In this document: positions 28,101-43,944 of the stretch, one piece after another
How the letters are laid out: every line of letters starts with the position of its first letter
Position numbering within the stretch: position 1 is the first letter of the stretch
Position numbers and translations under genes: made by a program
From: Eledone cirrhosa
Lineage: Eukaryota
Reading direction: 5' to 3'
Assembly: GCA_964016885.1 (NCBI GenBank)
Contig: OZ024758.1
Span: 5,270,001 to 5,334,000, forward strand
DNA length: 64,000 bases
The notes under the pieces: model-generated
Database searches by the model: none
The model's input: the letters and a program-made list of their open reading frames with translations, nothing else
What the model was told of the DNA's origin: nothing

Positions 28101-31100
28101 ACTTTTTATGAGAAATATTGATGTTCTGGGATTCTTATCGATAATTTTCTACACCCGTCATACAAATTTGGGTGTTCTAATGATATTAGAACCCTTGACA
28201 GATGTTTTACATTAGGCTACTGCTGTAGAATCCTTGTCAGGAGCACTGAGTGGAGTGTCAACTCTGAATGTCGGTGAACATGTTGAGCTAACATCAGTCA
28301 TCTCTGTGTCACTTTCGAACTTTACATATGTGTGCATATATATATATATCATTTCATATCATTTTATCATTTCATTTTACGTCTGCTTTTCCCTGCTTGC
28401 AAGGGTGGGACGGGAACTGATTCTGGCTTGATTTCTACAGCTGGATGCCCTTCCTAACACCAACCTCATTTACAGTGAGTGCTTTACAGTGGAATCATCT
28501 CATTTCTACAGGTGAGTAAACTGGAGCAATGTGAAATAAAGTGTCTTGCTCAAGGAAACAACACATCACCCGGTCTGAGAATTGAACTCGCAACCTTTCG
28601 ATTGCAAGGCCAATGCTCTAAACACTAAGCCATGTGCCTCTCTATATATATATATATATCCTCGGTCTCCCTCTTTTAGTGTGTCCTTGTAAGGGGGGGG
28701 GGGGCCACAGAATCACTGAGTGCAGTGTCAACTCTGAATGTTGGTGAACATGTCCAGCTAAACTCAATCTCCTCTGTGTTACTTTCAAACTGACTTTTCG
28801 GAGGCTCCCGTACAGCTCTGAGTTCTTCATCCTTAGTGTATACTGATAAACTTACATAAAACTGATAAATATGGCAAAAAACTGAATGTGGAAATAGTAA
28901 AAGAAGTAAAGTCGGTAGATCTTATAAATCAACACAAAAACTTGTGAACGAATAATAATATATATTGATAAACTGCAATGATAGTGAAGAAACTACAATG
29001 TATACATTCTGGAAACAGATGTGAACTTGGCTAGCTCCATAATACATAAAATAATGTGTGGCAACTGCCACAGCAGGCACAGTTACGTAATCATCATCAT
29101 CATCACCATCACCATCACTATCACCATCATCATCATCACCATCATCATCATCACCATCACCACCACCATCATCATCACCATCACCACCACCATCATCACC
29201 ACCACCATCATCACCACCACCATCATCATCATCATCACCATCATCACCACCACCACCATCATCACCACCACCACCATCATCACCACCACCATCATCATCA
29301 TCACCACCATCATCATCATCATCATCATTATTATTATTATTTTACGTCCGCTCTTCCTTGCAAGGGTATCTATCTAAAAATAAATAGGGGGAAAATTAGA
29401 GAAGAAAAGCTATTTTGATAGTAATTGAATGAAGGAAAAGGAACTAAAAATAATGGTTTCTTATATAGGTACAGGGTCAGCAATTTTGGGGGAGGGGAAA
29501 GTCGATTAAATCGACCCCAGTGCATCACTGGTACTTTATTTTATCGACCCCGTAAGGATGAAAGGCAAAGTTAACCTCGGCGGGATTTGAACTCAGAACG
29601 TAAAGGGACGTAACTCTATGCTAGAAAGCATGGCATCCGACCCTCTACTGATACTGCCAACCCACCGCCCTTTTTAGTAATATAATTGTTTCTACGTTTG
29701 GCACAAGGCCAGCAATTACCCAGCGCATTACTGGTACTTTATTTTATCGACCCTGTAAGGATGAAAGGCAAAGTTAACCTCGGCGGGATTTGAACTCAGA
29801 ATGGCAAGGGCCGTCACTCTATGCGTCAAAGCATGGCGTCCGACCCTGTAGTAATATAATTGTTTCTACTATTGGCACAAGGCCAGAAAATTACCCAGTA
29901 CATTACTGGTACTTTATTTTATCGACCCCGTAAGGATGAAAGGCAAAGTTAACCTCGGCGGGATTTGAACTCAGAATGGCAAGGGCCGTAACTCTATGCG
30001 TCAAAGCGTCCGAACCTCTACCGATACTGCCAATCCACCACCTGTAGTAATATAATGAGAGGTAAACACAAATAAAATACAAGGTAACCATCTGAAAAAA
30101 AAACAACTGCCTGGTCCTTACACAAAGAGAGTCATTAGTTTCTCTATTAGAAATAGAGGAAAATTTTCACCAACATTGAAAGAAGCAAATTGCTTTGCTT
30201 GTAATTCTACATGTCTTGATGAAAACAATAATGAAGTTATTACTTTTGTTTAGGTCGCACCATATATAATTTAAAATTGGCAATTCTTTTGTAGTATGAA
30301 GCTTTTCAATTGTCACGAACAATGTTATATAATTTGCAAATATATAATAATTGACTAGAGGAAAGAGAAATAAATTAGGCATCATCATCATCATCATCAT
30401 CATCATCACCATTTTATGTCCATTCTTCCACGCTAGCATGGGTCAACAATCTTGGAGGGAGGGGAAAGTCAAGTAAATTGACCCCAGGGCTAACCTCACT
30501 GGGATTTGAACTCAGAACGTACTCCATCTCTCATTCCAGGCCGCCTAAGAGGTGTGTAGATCTCAAAGTCATCAAAACTAGACTAGTGCATCATCATCAC
30601 CGTTTTATGTCCATTCTTCCACGTTAGCATGGGTTAGACGGGTTGTCCTGTTGTGGGCAATGTTAGGTCGACTGACCATGTTTTGCTCATACAGGAACTG
30701 ATTCTGGCATGATTTCTACAGCTGGATGCCCTTCCTAACACTAACCTCATTTACAGTGAGTGCTGGGTGCTTTTTCTTCCATGGCGCCTACACGTCCACT
30801 TTACAGTGAGTGCTGGGTGCTTTTTCTTCCATGGCGCCTACACGTCCACTTTACAGTGAGTGCTGGGTGCTTTTTCTTCCATGGCGCCTACACGTCCACT
30901 TTACAGTGTGGGCTGAGTGCTATTTTGCCATGGTGCCTACACGACCACTTTGCAGTGGGAGGGGGTGGGGGCATATTGCCTATATGCTTCAGCTTTGGCT
31001 TGTACCCGTGGGAATGTATGTAAATGTATGTAAATATATAACTGAGAGTAGAAAACCAGTTGATACAGAAGTAGAGGAATCACAGTAAACAATTATATCC

Positions 31101-31481
31101 AAAGTAATTGTACACAATATGTAAAACAAAGTCGATATCACACAGTGTATAAAACGGACTCTGCCGTTTAATTAGAGAAGAAATTATTTCACTAAACCAA
31201 TTTGTAGATGATTTAGTTAAAATCAATAGACAAGAACAGCAGATGTTTATGTCAATAAACTGAGAATGTTATGTAAAATCGAATGTGCTGTTATGTGAAA
31301 CATAAAATATAGCATTGTTCTGGAGAATAGAAGCATATAGTCTAGTTTAAATGTTGCTGGGATAGAATATTGTTGATTAGTGAAACTATAAACAGCAACT
31401 AAAAGAAAAGAATAATGTTTTATAAACATCAACTTGATATTTGCTTTGTTTTCATATAAATTGTCATTGGCAAGTTAGCCT

Positions 31482-31515
<34 letters not shown>

Positions 31516-31867
31516 TGCTCTCTCTCTTGTTCTCTCTTGTTCTCTCTCTCACTTGCTCTCTCTCTTGTTCTCTCTCTCGCTTGCTCTCTCGCTTGCTCTC
31601 TCTCTCTCGTTTGCTCTCTCTCTCTCTCTCTCTCTCTCGCTTGCTCTCTCTCTCTCTCTATCTCTCTTGCTTGCTCTCTCTCTCTCTCTCTCTCTTGCTT
31701 GCTCTCTCTCTCTCTCGCTTGCTCTCTCTCTCTCTCTCTCTCACTTGCTCTCTCTCGCTCTCTCTCGCTTGCTCTCTCTCTCTCTCGCTTGCTCTCTCTC
31801 ACTTGCTCTCTCTCTCTCGCTTGCTCTCTCTCACTTGCTCTCTCTCTCGCTTGCTCTCTCTCACTTG

Positions 31868-31905
<38 letters not shown>

Positions 31906-34322
31906 CTCTCTCTCTCAGGATAGAAGAAAGTAGTATGGAATGGTGAAACAGATACATCAACAGTTGTCATTCGCTGAGATGTTCTGCCAGTCTTTGGTGT
32001 TGGCACAATTCTAACTTATGAGGATAGAGAAAATAAACCGAACAGTTTGATGAAAGAACTGAGAGTGGTCTCTCAACCTACTAGAAATAGCAGCCAAATA
32101 TCTTTCATATTATACCTTACTGACTTTAAAACAGAATACAATGAATCAATGTAGTCTTAGATATACAAAAAAAAAATGGTAAACTGTAGATTTGGGCTAG
32201 TTTTATTGTTGTTCAGCTCCTAGTCATCATTGCTGGAAGATTTTGAATCTGATATCGTCTCAATTATTTTCAGACAGTTTGCAGCATAGAGTTACGGCCC
32301 TTTACGGTTTGAGTTCAAATCCCACCGAGGTTAACTTTACCTTTCATCCTTACGAGGTCAATAAAATACTAGTACATTACAGTACCAGTAATGCTCTGGG
32401 ATAATTGCTGGCCTTGTGCCAAAAGTATAAAACAATTATTTTCAGACACTGTATATAGAAGTATGTTATGCAAGTTGGGAGATATTTACTTGTTATTTAC
32501 AATTGGTTAAGCAGAAGTGAAGAGGTTTCCCTGTTGGTTCGCATGAATTTTATTTCATAAGGTCGAGTAGATATTGTAGATAGCTGGAAATGAAAAGTTT
32601 TTAGAATCATTGTTTTCTTGAACAAGTCAACCAGACAGAACTTTTTCTCTTCAGGAAACGGCAGATTCTGTAAATGACTCAAATTAGGAGCACATCTCTT
32701 TGCCCAGTGAGAGCTTATATCTTATCTATGATAAAAGCACTTACTATAAGTAATATAGGTATACAAAGATTCTCACAGTTGGAATGTCTTTGACTCTGAG
32801 TCTACTCAATCATTGTAGCTCACCTGCAAGTAAAACATCAAGAATAACAACACAGTGCCTCATTATGGATATACCATTAAACAAAATATTGAGAAAATAT
32901 ATCAAATAACAACAAAAGCAGTCAATACGTTTCTGAAAGACTTAAAAAAGGAAGAAAGATAAGTCTTTAAAAAAGATACAGTGATTACAACTAAATTGAC
33001 TTTGATCTGGAGTTAACCCTTTAGCATTTAAACAAGCCATATCCGGCCAGAATTCTCTCACCTCTTTCTGTTCAAACCAGCTGTAACCGGTCACACATAT
33101 TGATGTCAAGGTATTGTTCTCAAAATAAATATCAAAATTTCATAGATTTGATATTATGTGAGATAATGTGAAATAAAATGTTTACAGTGAAAATACAATA
33201 GTAAATAATATAGAGTAATGTAAATGATAAAGGGTTAAACAACAACTATAAGAACTCGTAAAAAACTAATACTATGTCTTGCTTAACCCTTTAGCATTTA
33301 AATCAGCCATAACCGGCCAGAATTCCCTCACCTCTTTCTGTTCAAATTGGCTGTAACTAGCCACTCATACTTAGGTTAAGGTATTGTTCTCAAAATATAT
33401 AATCTCAAAATCTCATAGATTCAACATTATGTAAGATAAAGCCTTTACAGAGAAAATACAATAGTATATATAAAGTAATGAAAATGTTAAAGGATTAAAT
33501 GTTATTCTGATGTGAGAAAATATTCAATTAAAAGCAAATATCCTTGCTTTTCCCATTTATAAAAAGCTCGAAACCAAAAGCTGCTTTCAAAAAGAAAGCA
33601 ATCATGTTTATTAAACCATATTCCTGATTTCTATTAGCGAACTCTCTAATTTATTGATTAGTCATAGTTTGATACAATGACGGATTACACAATGAAGGAA
33701 ACATAGTGTCTTTGGAGGCTATTAACCTCTACTTGTCTGCTTCTTAATCATGTTAATGGATAAAGTAAGGAAATATAAACGTGAGTAGAATTCATTTGAA
33801 ATGGTAAAACACTAATTATTCTACTAATCTGTAAAATATTTTTTACTAAATTCGAAAGTTAATGGGTAATAAAATTCTGCATTACAAAGGGGAATTTTAA
33901 AACTGTGCATTAGAAAGAGTTTGAGTGAGGACAAGAGAGAAATAAATTAGAGAAAGAAGAGAATGAGGAATGGCAGGATTTATGTTGCATGTTAACAAGA
34001 AGGGAAAGTCATTTTACAACATTGATACTTGTATTGCTGCATGTTCAATTACGTGATGGTGGTTTGGCAGTATCGGTAGAGGGTCGGACAACATGCTTTG
34101 TAGTACAGAGTTACGCCCCTTTCTGATCCGAGTTCAAATCCTGCCGAGGTTAACTTTGCCTTTCATCCTTTCGGGGTCGATAAAATAAAGTACCAGTAAT
34201 GTACTGGGTAATTGCTGGCCTTGTACCAAAAAGTAGAAACAGTTATATATATATATATATATATATATATACTGTATGTTTGTATGTATGTATATATATA
34301 TATAAAATATACTGTATGTATG

Positions 34323-34355
<33 letters not shown>

Positions 34356-37020
34356 TGTATGTATGCATGTAGGTATATATACATACCAGTTGGTGCTACT
34401 GGTAACATGTATCCCAGTACAACCTGTCCCATGGTCGTGTCGTTGGCGACTAAACTGGCAACCTCACCAAGGTTTCTTGGTGAGGAGGGTGACTTTGGAC
34501 ATCCTGCAGGACTAAAAACAAAACCTGTCAAATGGCAGATCTTAAGAGTCAATGGCCATCCAAAATCACCAGGAGAGATGACCCCTTAGCCTTTGTCAAG
34601 GCAGAATTCTAGGAGAAGGAAAACTCTGATATAACACCTGCAACCCTGATGGTATCCAATGATGTTGACTTGTTCTTCTTTTTGGTAAATATCATCTTGG
34701 TTAAGAGAGTGGGACTGGCTTTGTGCAGTGCCTTTGCTCACTATAAAAGCTTCACGGCACAGGCATTGCTTTATATCTGGAGATCTCTCTGCACTTGTTG
34801 TCACATGGTACCATGGGCCCAGCACTATGTGTCAATAATTGTCACAAGTGTAGTGTTTGTACCAGAGTTTTCAAGTCGCTGGCTGGACTAAAAAGTCACA
34901 CTCGTTCAGCGCATCGGTAGGGGTTCTCCTACATGGATATAAAGTAGTGGCCGTACTCGATAATGATTTAGCAGTCACCATGTATATATATATATATATA
35001 TATATATAGTATATATATATATATATATAGTATATATATATATATGTATATATATAGTATATATACATATACTGTATGTGTATATATATATATATATATG
35101 GAAGCACATGGCTTAGTGGTTAGAGCATTGGCCTTGCAATCGAAAGGTTGTGAGTTCAATTCTCAGCAGACCGGGTGATGTGTTTCCTTGAGCAAGACAC
35201 TTTATTTCACATTGCTCCAGTCTACTCAGCTGTAGAAATGAGATGATAAGGACTGGGGTCCCTATCATTCCACTGCAAAGTGGTCGTGTAGGCGCCACGG
35301 CAAAAAAGCACCCAGCACTCACTGTAAATGAGGTTGGTGTTAGGAAGGGCATCCAGCTGTAGAAATCAAGCCAGAATCAGTTCCCGTCCCACCCTTGCAA
35401 GCAAGGAAAAGCGGACGTAAAAGGAAATGATGATGATGATGATGATATATATATGCATGTATATATATATATATACACCCTGCATGTAATAAACAAGGTT
35501 AAGTGAGTCAATAATACAACCATATAAGGTAAAAAGAAATTTTTAAAGTTAAATGTGATTTTATAGTCTCCCACAAGATAGGTAATAAACATTTCAGAGT
35601 TTAATCCAATGAATAAATTTCCAATCACGGTAGTGTTATAATCTCACAGAGCACATATATATATTTATATATATATGGGAGCAAGGTGGTAGCATGCTAC
35701 TTTGTCTCGGGGTCAAAAACATAAACACAAACTTTTTTTCTTTACTTGTTTCCTTGATCCTTTAGCATTTAAACTGGCCATATCCAGCCAGATTTCTCTC
35801 ATCTCTTTCTGTTAAAACCAGCCATAACTGGCTGATCATACTTATGTTAAGGTATTGTTCTCAAAATATATAACAACAAAATCTTGTAGATTCGATATTA
35901 TGTGTGATAATTATGTGAGGTAAAGACTTTATCATGAAAATATAATAGTAAATATAGAGTAATGTAAATGCTAAAGGGTTAAACCAGCCAGATTTCTCTC
36001 ACCTCTTTCTGTTCAAACTGACTGTAACTGGCCACTCATACTAACGTTAGAGTATTGTTCTCAAAATACATATCAAAATCTCATAGGTGAGATAATATGT
36101 AAGATAAAGCCTTAACCACAAAAATACAATAGTAAATATAGAGTAATGGAAATGCTAAAGGCTTAATATTTACTATCGTTCCGTTGGTATACATCTAAAT
36201 AAAGTCCAGTACTGGTGCCAATTTAACCGATTATGTACTGCTTGCAGAATATATGTAGTTTAGTACCTTTCTTACAGATTATTGTATAAATAATGGGCAG
36301 TGGATTGGCAGTATCAGTTGAGCATCAGATGCCATGTTTTACAGCATAGAGTTACAGTTCTTTGTTCTGTGTTCAAGTTTTGCCGAGGTCAACTTTACCT
36401 TTCATCCTTACGGAGTCAATAAATAAAGTACCAGTAATGCATTGGGGTTGATTTAATCGACTTTCCCCTCCCCATCAAACTGTTGGCATTGTGCCTAATG
36501 TAGAAACAATTATATATATATATATATATATTCATATGGGATATTTTATCACTTAGTCAGACATGGAAAGGCCAACAGTCGTGACTCATTTTGTATCTCT
36601 CGGAGCTTTGTTAGATGAAAGGAAGAATCCTTTAAGAATCCTCTAAAAGGAGACTTTGTATGAAGTTTTGCAATATATTAAACTCGGCTCAGGTCACAGA
36701 AGGGTCAAGCAATGATTTTACTTGCCAAAAATAACAGAAACAAACCATCAAACTTCACTTCAAAGGTTTTTATCAACCCCTGGCTATAGTAAAAGACACT
36801 TAGCCAAGAAACTTCACAGGGAATCAACACCAAAACTACGTAGCTTTGATGCGACCTCCTTAATCACAGACCCATGCCAGATTTTTATCAAATTTAGAAA
36901 CATACATTTATCAAAGAATTAAAAAAACATTCAATACAAACTTTTTCAATTAAACTTGATATATATTCAAATTCTATTCCGCATAAATCTTTATTACAGT
37001 GTGAATATATATATATATAC

Positions 37021-37073
<53 letters not shown>

Positions 37074-37977
37074 ACTTGGCGTTTCAGTCAGATCCATCTC
37101 TCTCTCTCCCTCCATCTCTCTCTGTATATATATATATGTGTGTGTGCATGTATGTATAGCGTCTGGTGAGCTCATCTGACAATGACGATGATACAATTTA
37201 TAACACTGTGAATGAATTGTTTTAAAGTAGATATTTTGGCACCTCTTATTAAACATTCCTTACAACCGTTACCATATATTAAATAATCATTGATAATACT
37301 ATATATACTATATGTATATACTATATGTATATACTATATGTATATACTATATGTATATACTATATGTATATACTATATGTATATACTATATGCATATACT
37401 ATATGTATATACTATATGTATATACTATATATATATACTATATGTATATACTATATGTATATACTATATGTATATACTATATGTATATACTATATGTATA
37501 TACTATATGTATATACTATATGTATATACTATATGTATATACTATATGTATATACTATATGTATATACTATATATATATACTATATGTATATACTATATA
37601 TATATAAATGTTATCTGAATTTTTCGAATATTATTAATAATATTCGATTTGTTTGCAATTATGCAAATAGCCTCTTTTAAGCTATGTCAGTAGAATGAAC
37701 CCCTCAGTCTTGCTCTTGTGTTGACATGTAAACAGAACTGCAGACACTAATGTTTCTGGGAGATTACCCTTCATCAGTACAGTTTACTGTTCACCTGCCA
37801 GCTGTGAGAACTAGTGAAAATATATGATATTTTCTAAAATATACAGTGACTGATCAGCCTGACATGGCTTAAAAGAAGCTGTGTGCATAATTGCAAACAA
37901 ATCGAATATCATCATTAATATTCGAAAAACTCAGATTACATTTATTGTATTCAGCCATGTAGAGTGATAATTTTTTG

Positions 37978-38013
<36 letters not shown>

Positions 38014-41000
38014 ATATGGATGCAGTAAAAATCTGTTTAGACCATTACTCACCAGAGCACTCGATACTTGGGGTAGTAGAGTATGGTAATATGAAAGAGT
38101 CGGGACCCCGACAGATGAGCTCTTGCCGTTTCAACAACTAGTTCCAGTCCGGAACTAGTTGTTGAAACTCAGCTGTCAAGACCCCAACTCTTTCATATAT
38201 ATGTATATATATATATATAATCATGGAGTACAAGTCGTATGTATGTATGTATAACCCAACCCAAAAAATGGAATACCGACAGCATTATTGATTTTTTGAA
38301 ACTATGTTCATATTTATTCAGAATTAAATTATTTAATCTCTTATGTTTATGTTTATTCATATTCTAAAATTTAATAATAATCTGTGTTGACTTGGTAAAA
38401 AGTTGATCTTCTTAATTCTTTCCATGTCACTCTTCAACAATGGAGACTCTAAACTGTATTATTCATATATTTCTGGCCACATTTAAAGATTTCTTGCTAT
38501 TATCAGCACTTAAAGCCACATTTTAATTTAATGAGCTATCATAAATTTTTTTTATGTGGTTCATGTCTCCAAACTAAATCTAAATTTTATTCCTCTGAGC
38601 AACAAATTAACTAATTTAGCAGAAGAATCGTTATGTTTATTGTCAGTAAGGACTGTTGTAAAACCTCGAAGAACACATAAAATGTCTTTTTTGTAAATAT
38701 TGTGTAATGAGGAGGGTATTTTTATACATGGAATGGAATAGACCTCATTTGGTTTAGACCAGGCATGGGCAACCTTTTTAAAAAAGCGGGCCACATGAGA
38801 TATGGTTCATCAACAGGCAGGCCGCAAGTGCTAATTTACATTCATGCCCACTTTTAGAAAAAGGGCCATAACTCAGATTGTTTTGATTTGTTTCTTCAGA
38901 ATTTGTACACGTTGTTTTCCTCGATCGTAAAAATGATAAAGATAAATTACAACTGAAAAGTTGGGGTAAAAAAATCGGAAAGATTTCACTTGGGTGACTT
39001 AGGCAAGCCATTCAGTAAGCTTTGTGGGTGCATGCAGCTAACGGGCTGCAGGCTGCCCATGACTAGTTTAGATGGTGAGTGTTCTATGAATTATATGTAA
39101 AAACATTTTCAACTTTAGATATTAGTGTATTATTCTGAAATATCTGAAAATCTTCGTTGTTTTATTAAATTAAAATCTGTCATGTATCAGGTTAAATTAT
39201 GTGGTCTTTTGTATCTATCTCTTTTTTTAATATAGATATGGCAACACGTTTGTGTACAGAAAATGGCACTTGGTTTCAGCTGGCATATTTAAAACGCTCA
39301 TGGACCAATTATACCCTTTGTTCAACAATAACGAATTCCAATAGAATAATACAGGTAAGCAGTCTTTATCATCGTTGTCTTCTTCTTCTTAAGGAGTCGT
39401 AGGGATGCCATGTTGACATACTTGTGAATTTTTGTGCATTTTTAAAACCTGGCAGAGCCCATCTACTCTGTAGGTCTGAATACAGAAGATTTCTTCCAGA
39501 GAAGAATGGACACCTGGTACACTCCAGAGTAATGTGATTCAGTCTTGTACTTATTTTATCATGTTTATGATGACAGTTGGGAGCGAGATTCTATTTCTAT
39601 GACTTTGGTTGTCTTTCAATATTTGAGATGTGATGCTTCCAAAGCAACTGTAGTCAATCTTGGCATTGCTATGCTTATGCTATAGGGAAAGAAGAAGATT
39701 GAATTAGACGTTTTTTCTTGTTTTGTGGACATGTTCAATCTATTCTCCAGAGAAAGTGGGAGAGAGGAAACTAGAAAGAGACACAGGAAGAATCAACCCC
39801 AGTACTACACTGGTATATTTGTTATCAACCTCAAAAGGATGAAAGACAAAGTTGACCTTGGTGGGATTTGAACTCAGAGAGCAGAAAGCCAGAACGAATA
39901 CAGTAAAGTATTCTATCCGATATTTTAACAACTCTGCCAATTACTACCTTAGCTATTTTTTAACATATCTCTAATTATGTGTATATCCCACGTTTTCTAT
40001 TTTGTTCTATTTCTTGCAGTTGTGTGTAAAACAAACATGTCTTATCGAGGATATATTAATTAATGAAATGACGGCAAGAATTAATAGAATTTTATTTTAT
40101 TTGTAAATAGTAATTTTCAAAGCTATATATTTTTCAGAATAATTAGTATCTTTACATGCCATTGTTGTCTCTTATAGAAATACTGAACAGTGGAAATCAA
40201 CAATGCAATTGCCAACTATTGTATGTATGTAATACACAAACTTTTGCCCGAAGAAGTGTTTTAATTTAGTTAGCTGTTATTGTCTATGATATATACATAG
40301 AATTGTTATTGTTGTTACTGTATTCTATACATAATACACAGAGGAAATTCAAAGCTACTGATGAACAACAATTAGCTACAGTACTGCCATTTACTTTTTG
40401 TGTGAATGCGCATTGCAAAACACTTCCAAACACAACGGAGAAGCATCTATATGATCAATCACCCTGCTAGATACAGCAGTCAAATCTCTTTCAAATCACG
40501 CTTCTTTTTATTTTGTATTTTATTTTTATTTTACATTTTTAACTGTTGGCCAATCAATGATAAACATTGATTGTCAGCTGAATTATTTATACAAATATAA
40601 AAATATACTGAAGCTTGTTTTACTATATTTTTCAAACCCTTTAACCCTTTAGCATTTAAACTGGCCATATCTGGCCATATCCGGGTTTGAATTGATGACA
40701 TGTAATAATATATATCAAGACACCTTTAAAAGTACAAAAATATGCATGTCACACCTGTGGTAGAATATTTGTGAGGGAAAATTAAGCTGAAATAAATAAC
40801 AACAAACGCAGTCAATACCTTGCTGCAAGTCTTAAAAAAGGAAGAAAGATAAGTGATTACAACTAAATTGACTTTGATTAGCATTTAAACCAGCTATATC
40901 CGGCCAGAATTCTCTCACCTCTTTCTGTTCAAACCGGCTGTAACTTGTACTGATGTTAAGGTATTGTTCTCAACATTAATAACATCAAAATCTCATAGAT

Positions 41001-42432
41001 TCAATATTATGTGAGATAAAGCCTTTACTATGAAAATATAATAGTAAATATAGAATAATGTAAATGCTAAAGGGTTAAGTTAGTGATGCCCTTGTGAGTG
41101 CCTGGTTGTTCCAGCACCTTAGCCTTGCCATCACCTCTAGTAATACTGTGAACGCATTGGCTTGCCTCGTAGTATTAAGTTAAATTTATAATCTATGGTT
41201 GTTATGGATAATCAGACTAGTAATGTTAAGTAAATAGTCTATATGCCAAAAACAAAATGGCTGAATTTAAGCTGTGATTCTTATTTGTAGATCTTTCATT
41301 TCTCTTTATCCCTCTCATTCCCAATGAAAACACAAATGTTACAACTCAACTTTCACTGTTTATTTAAGTTAATAATCCGTCTCATTGGCAGAGAGCTCTA
41401 ATATCAAATAACTTACATTCTGTTGGACTAATATAATGTTTCTGTGCTTTAGAGTGGGTTTTATTGATTTGGTTCTCCAAAGGGTCTTTAAAGTAATGTT
41501 ACTCGATAGAGTGTGTGGCTCGAAGATCAGAGAGTCACTCCAGGTACAGTTGCTACTTCTCTGAATTGAGAGATCACAGCTCCGATACTATAGACATGTG
41601 GTTAGAATGTCTCAGGAAATAATTGCTGGACAGATTTGTAGCTTAGAGATCAGAGAGTCACTCCAAGTAGAGTAGCTACTTCTCCGAATTGAGAGATCAC
41701 AGCTCCGATACTATGGGCATGTGGTTAGAATGTCTCAGGAAAGAATCACTGGACAGATTTTACAGGCAACACCAACCGGTAAGAGAAGACCCAGGGGTAA
41801 ATCCTGAGCAAGATGGTTGGATAACATCCATGAGCTCGGCTGATCACACTTCAGGATCCAGCTGGATCAATTGGAGATGGTTGGTTCTGGCAGGACCCGT
41901 TGGAAAGAATGCTTGAGAACTGTGCCTCCACGACTCTCTTAGAAATGTGGTTAAAGAAGTGGAATGAGGAGGTGGTGGTGGTGGTGAGTCAGACATTGAA
42001 TTATAAAAAAATCTCGTCTGATCCATCTATATGATCTAAGATCTAACACCAAGATCCGATCAAATACTCTGTCCTGCTCTACACAAAATCATGTCATCTG
42101 CACTAAATGTGGCCTCATGTGTAAATGAGTGGCTTCACTGAATGAACCACATAAGTCATAAAAATTAAAAATTGAACTGAGAAAATTGTTGAACCCTCAT
42201 CCGTTGAGACAGAATAGAAGAGTCCATCATATATATCTATAGGCAGTCATCTTTAGAGGCAATAATACATTAGGAAATGTGATTATGGTGATAGTAGTGG
42301 TGGTGGAAAATTATTAGTACTCATTAAAGAAATTGATAATAGAGGAATTCAATGTGTTTTCTCAAGTGTCTTAGCAGTATTTCTGGATTTAGGTTGTAAA
42401 AAATATAGGAAATATATGTAGTCATATGTACG

Positions 42433-42463
<31 letters not shown>

Positions 42464-42749
42464 ATATTTGTATACATATATGTATATGTATGTATATGTA
42501 TGTATATTTGTATACATATATGTATATGTATGTATATATGTATATGTATGTATATATGTATACATATATGTACATATTTATGTATACATATATGTACATA
42601 TTTATGTATATATCTGTGGGTTTGTGTGTTTGCCTATGTGAATATGTGTCTATATATATATATCTATATATGCATACATATACATGTGCATATATCTATA
42701 TATGCATACATATATATATGTATGTATGTATATATATATATATATGTAT

Positions 42750-42803
<54 letters not shown>

Positions 42804-42912
42804 GTATATATATATATATATGTATGTATGTGTATATATATATATATATATGTATGTATGTGTATATATATATATATATGTATGTATGTGTATATATATA
42901 TATATATGTATG

Positions 42913-42953
<41 letters not shown>

Positions 42954-43162
42954 ACATATTTGTATATATATATATATGTATACAAATATACATACATATA
43001 TGTATACTAATATGCATACATATACATATACAAATATACATACATATACATATATATATATATATATATATGTATACATATTTGTATACATACATATAGA
43101 TATGTATATGTATACATATAGATATGTGTATATATATATGTATACATATATATATATATATA

Positions 43163-43235
<73 letters not shown>

Positions 43236-43622
43236 TTAATATAGATGAGATTCTACAGGACTAGAACTGTTTCATTCATTTGAAATATATATATTTGAAA
43301 TCTGAACATTAATAGCTGTATAATTTCCTTGTCAATCTTTTCAACAAGATGTATATTTTTAGCATTTTGGGCTATTTGAGAATACAGAACAATGCATTAC
43401 AAGTTTCTTGGATGGCAGTTTTTCAAAGGAATTTCTATTGACGATCTCTAAAATTCATCATAGCACGACAGATTTGTTCTATTTTATTGTCTCTCTTTTT
43501 ATAATAAAATACAATTTTCTTTTTCTTTCTTTAAAAAGATAATAATAGTTTTGAAAAAAAAATTCACAAATATGTCTCCTCTTCTTTATCTTACAGCTTT
43601 CTGTATGTCAACCTAAGTTTGC

Positions 43623-43672
<50 letters not shown>

Positions 43673-43688
43673 ATCCATGCCTCTCTCT

Positions 43689-43737
<49 letters not shown>

Positions 43738-43851
43738 TTGTAGTTTGCTTGAAGCATTGTTGAAGACGAATACAATACGTATGGAGAATGTTAAATTTGG
43801 CAATTTAACATTCTCCATACACAGTGTTGGTCTTCAAAATTTAAATTTGTG

Positions 43852-43944
<93 letters not shown>

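Noticed and set aside
29021-29418. Poly-His / poly-Ile-Thr ORFs
   Set aside because: Translations of a (CAT/CAC)n microsatellite.
31441-32006. LS/RE-repeat ORFs
   Set aside because: Translations of a (CT)n microsatellite.
35099-35172. tRNA gene
   Set aside because: The tRNA-like head runs directly into a multi-copy SINE body, so it is treated as a SINE.
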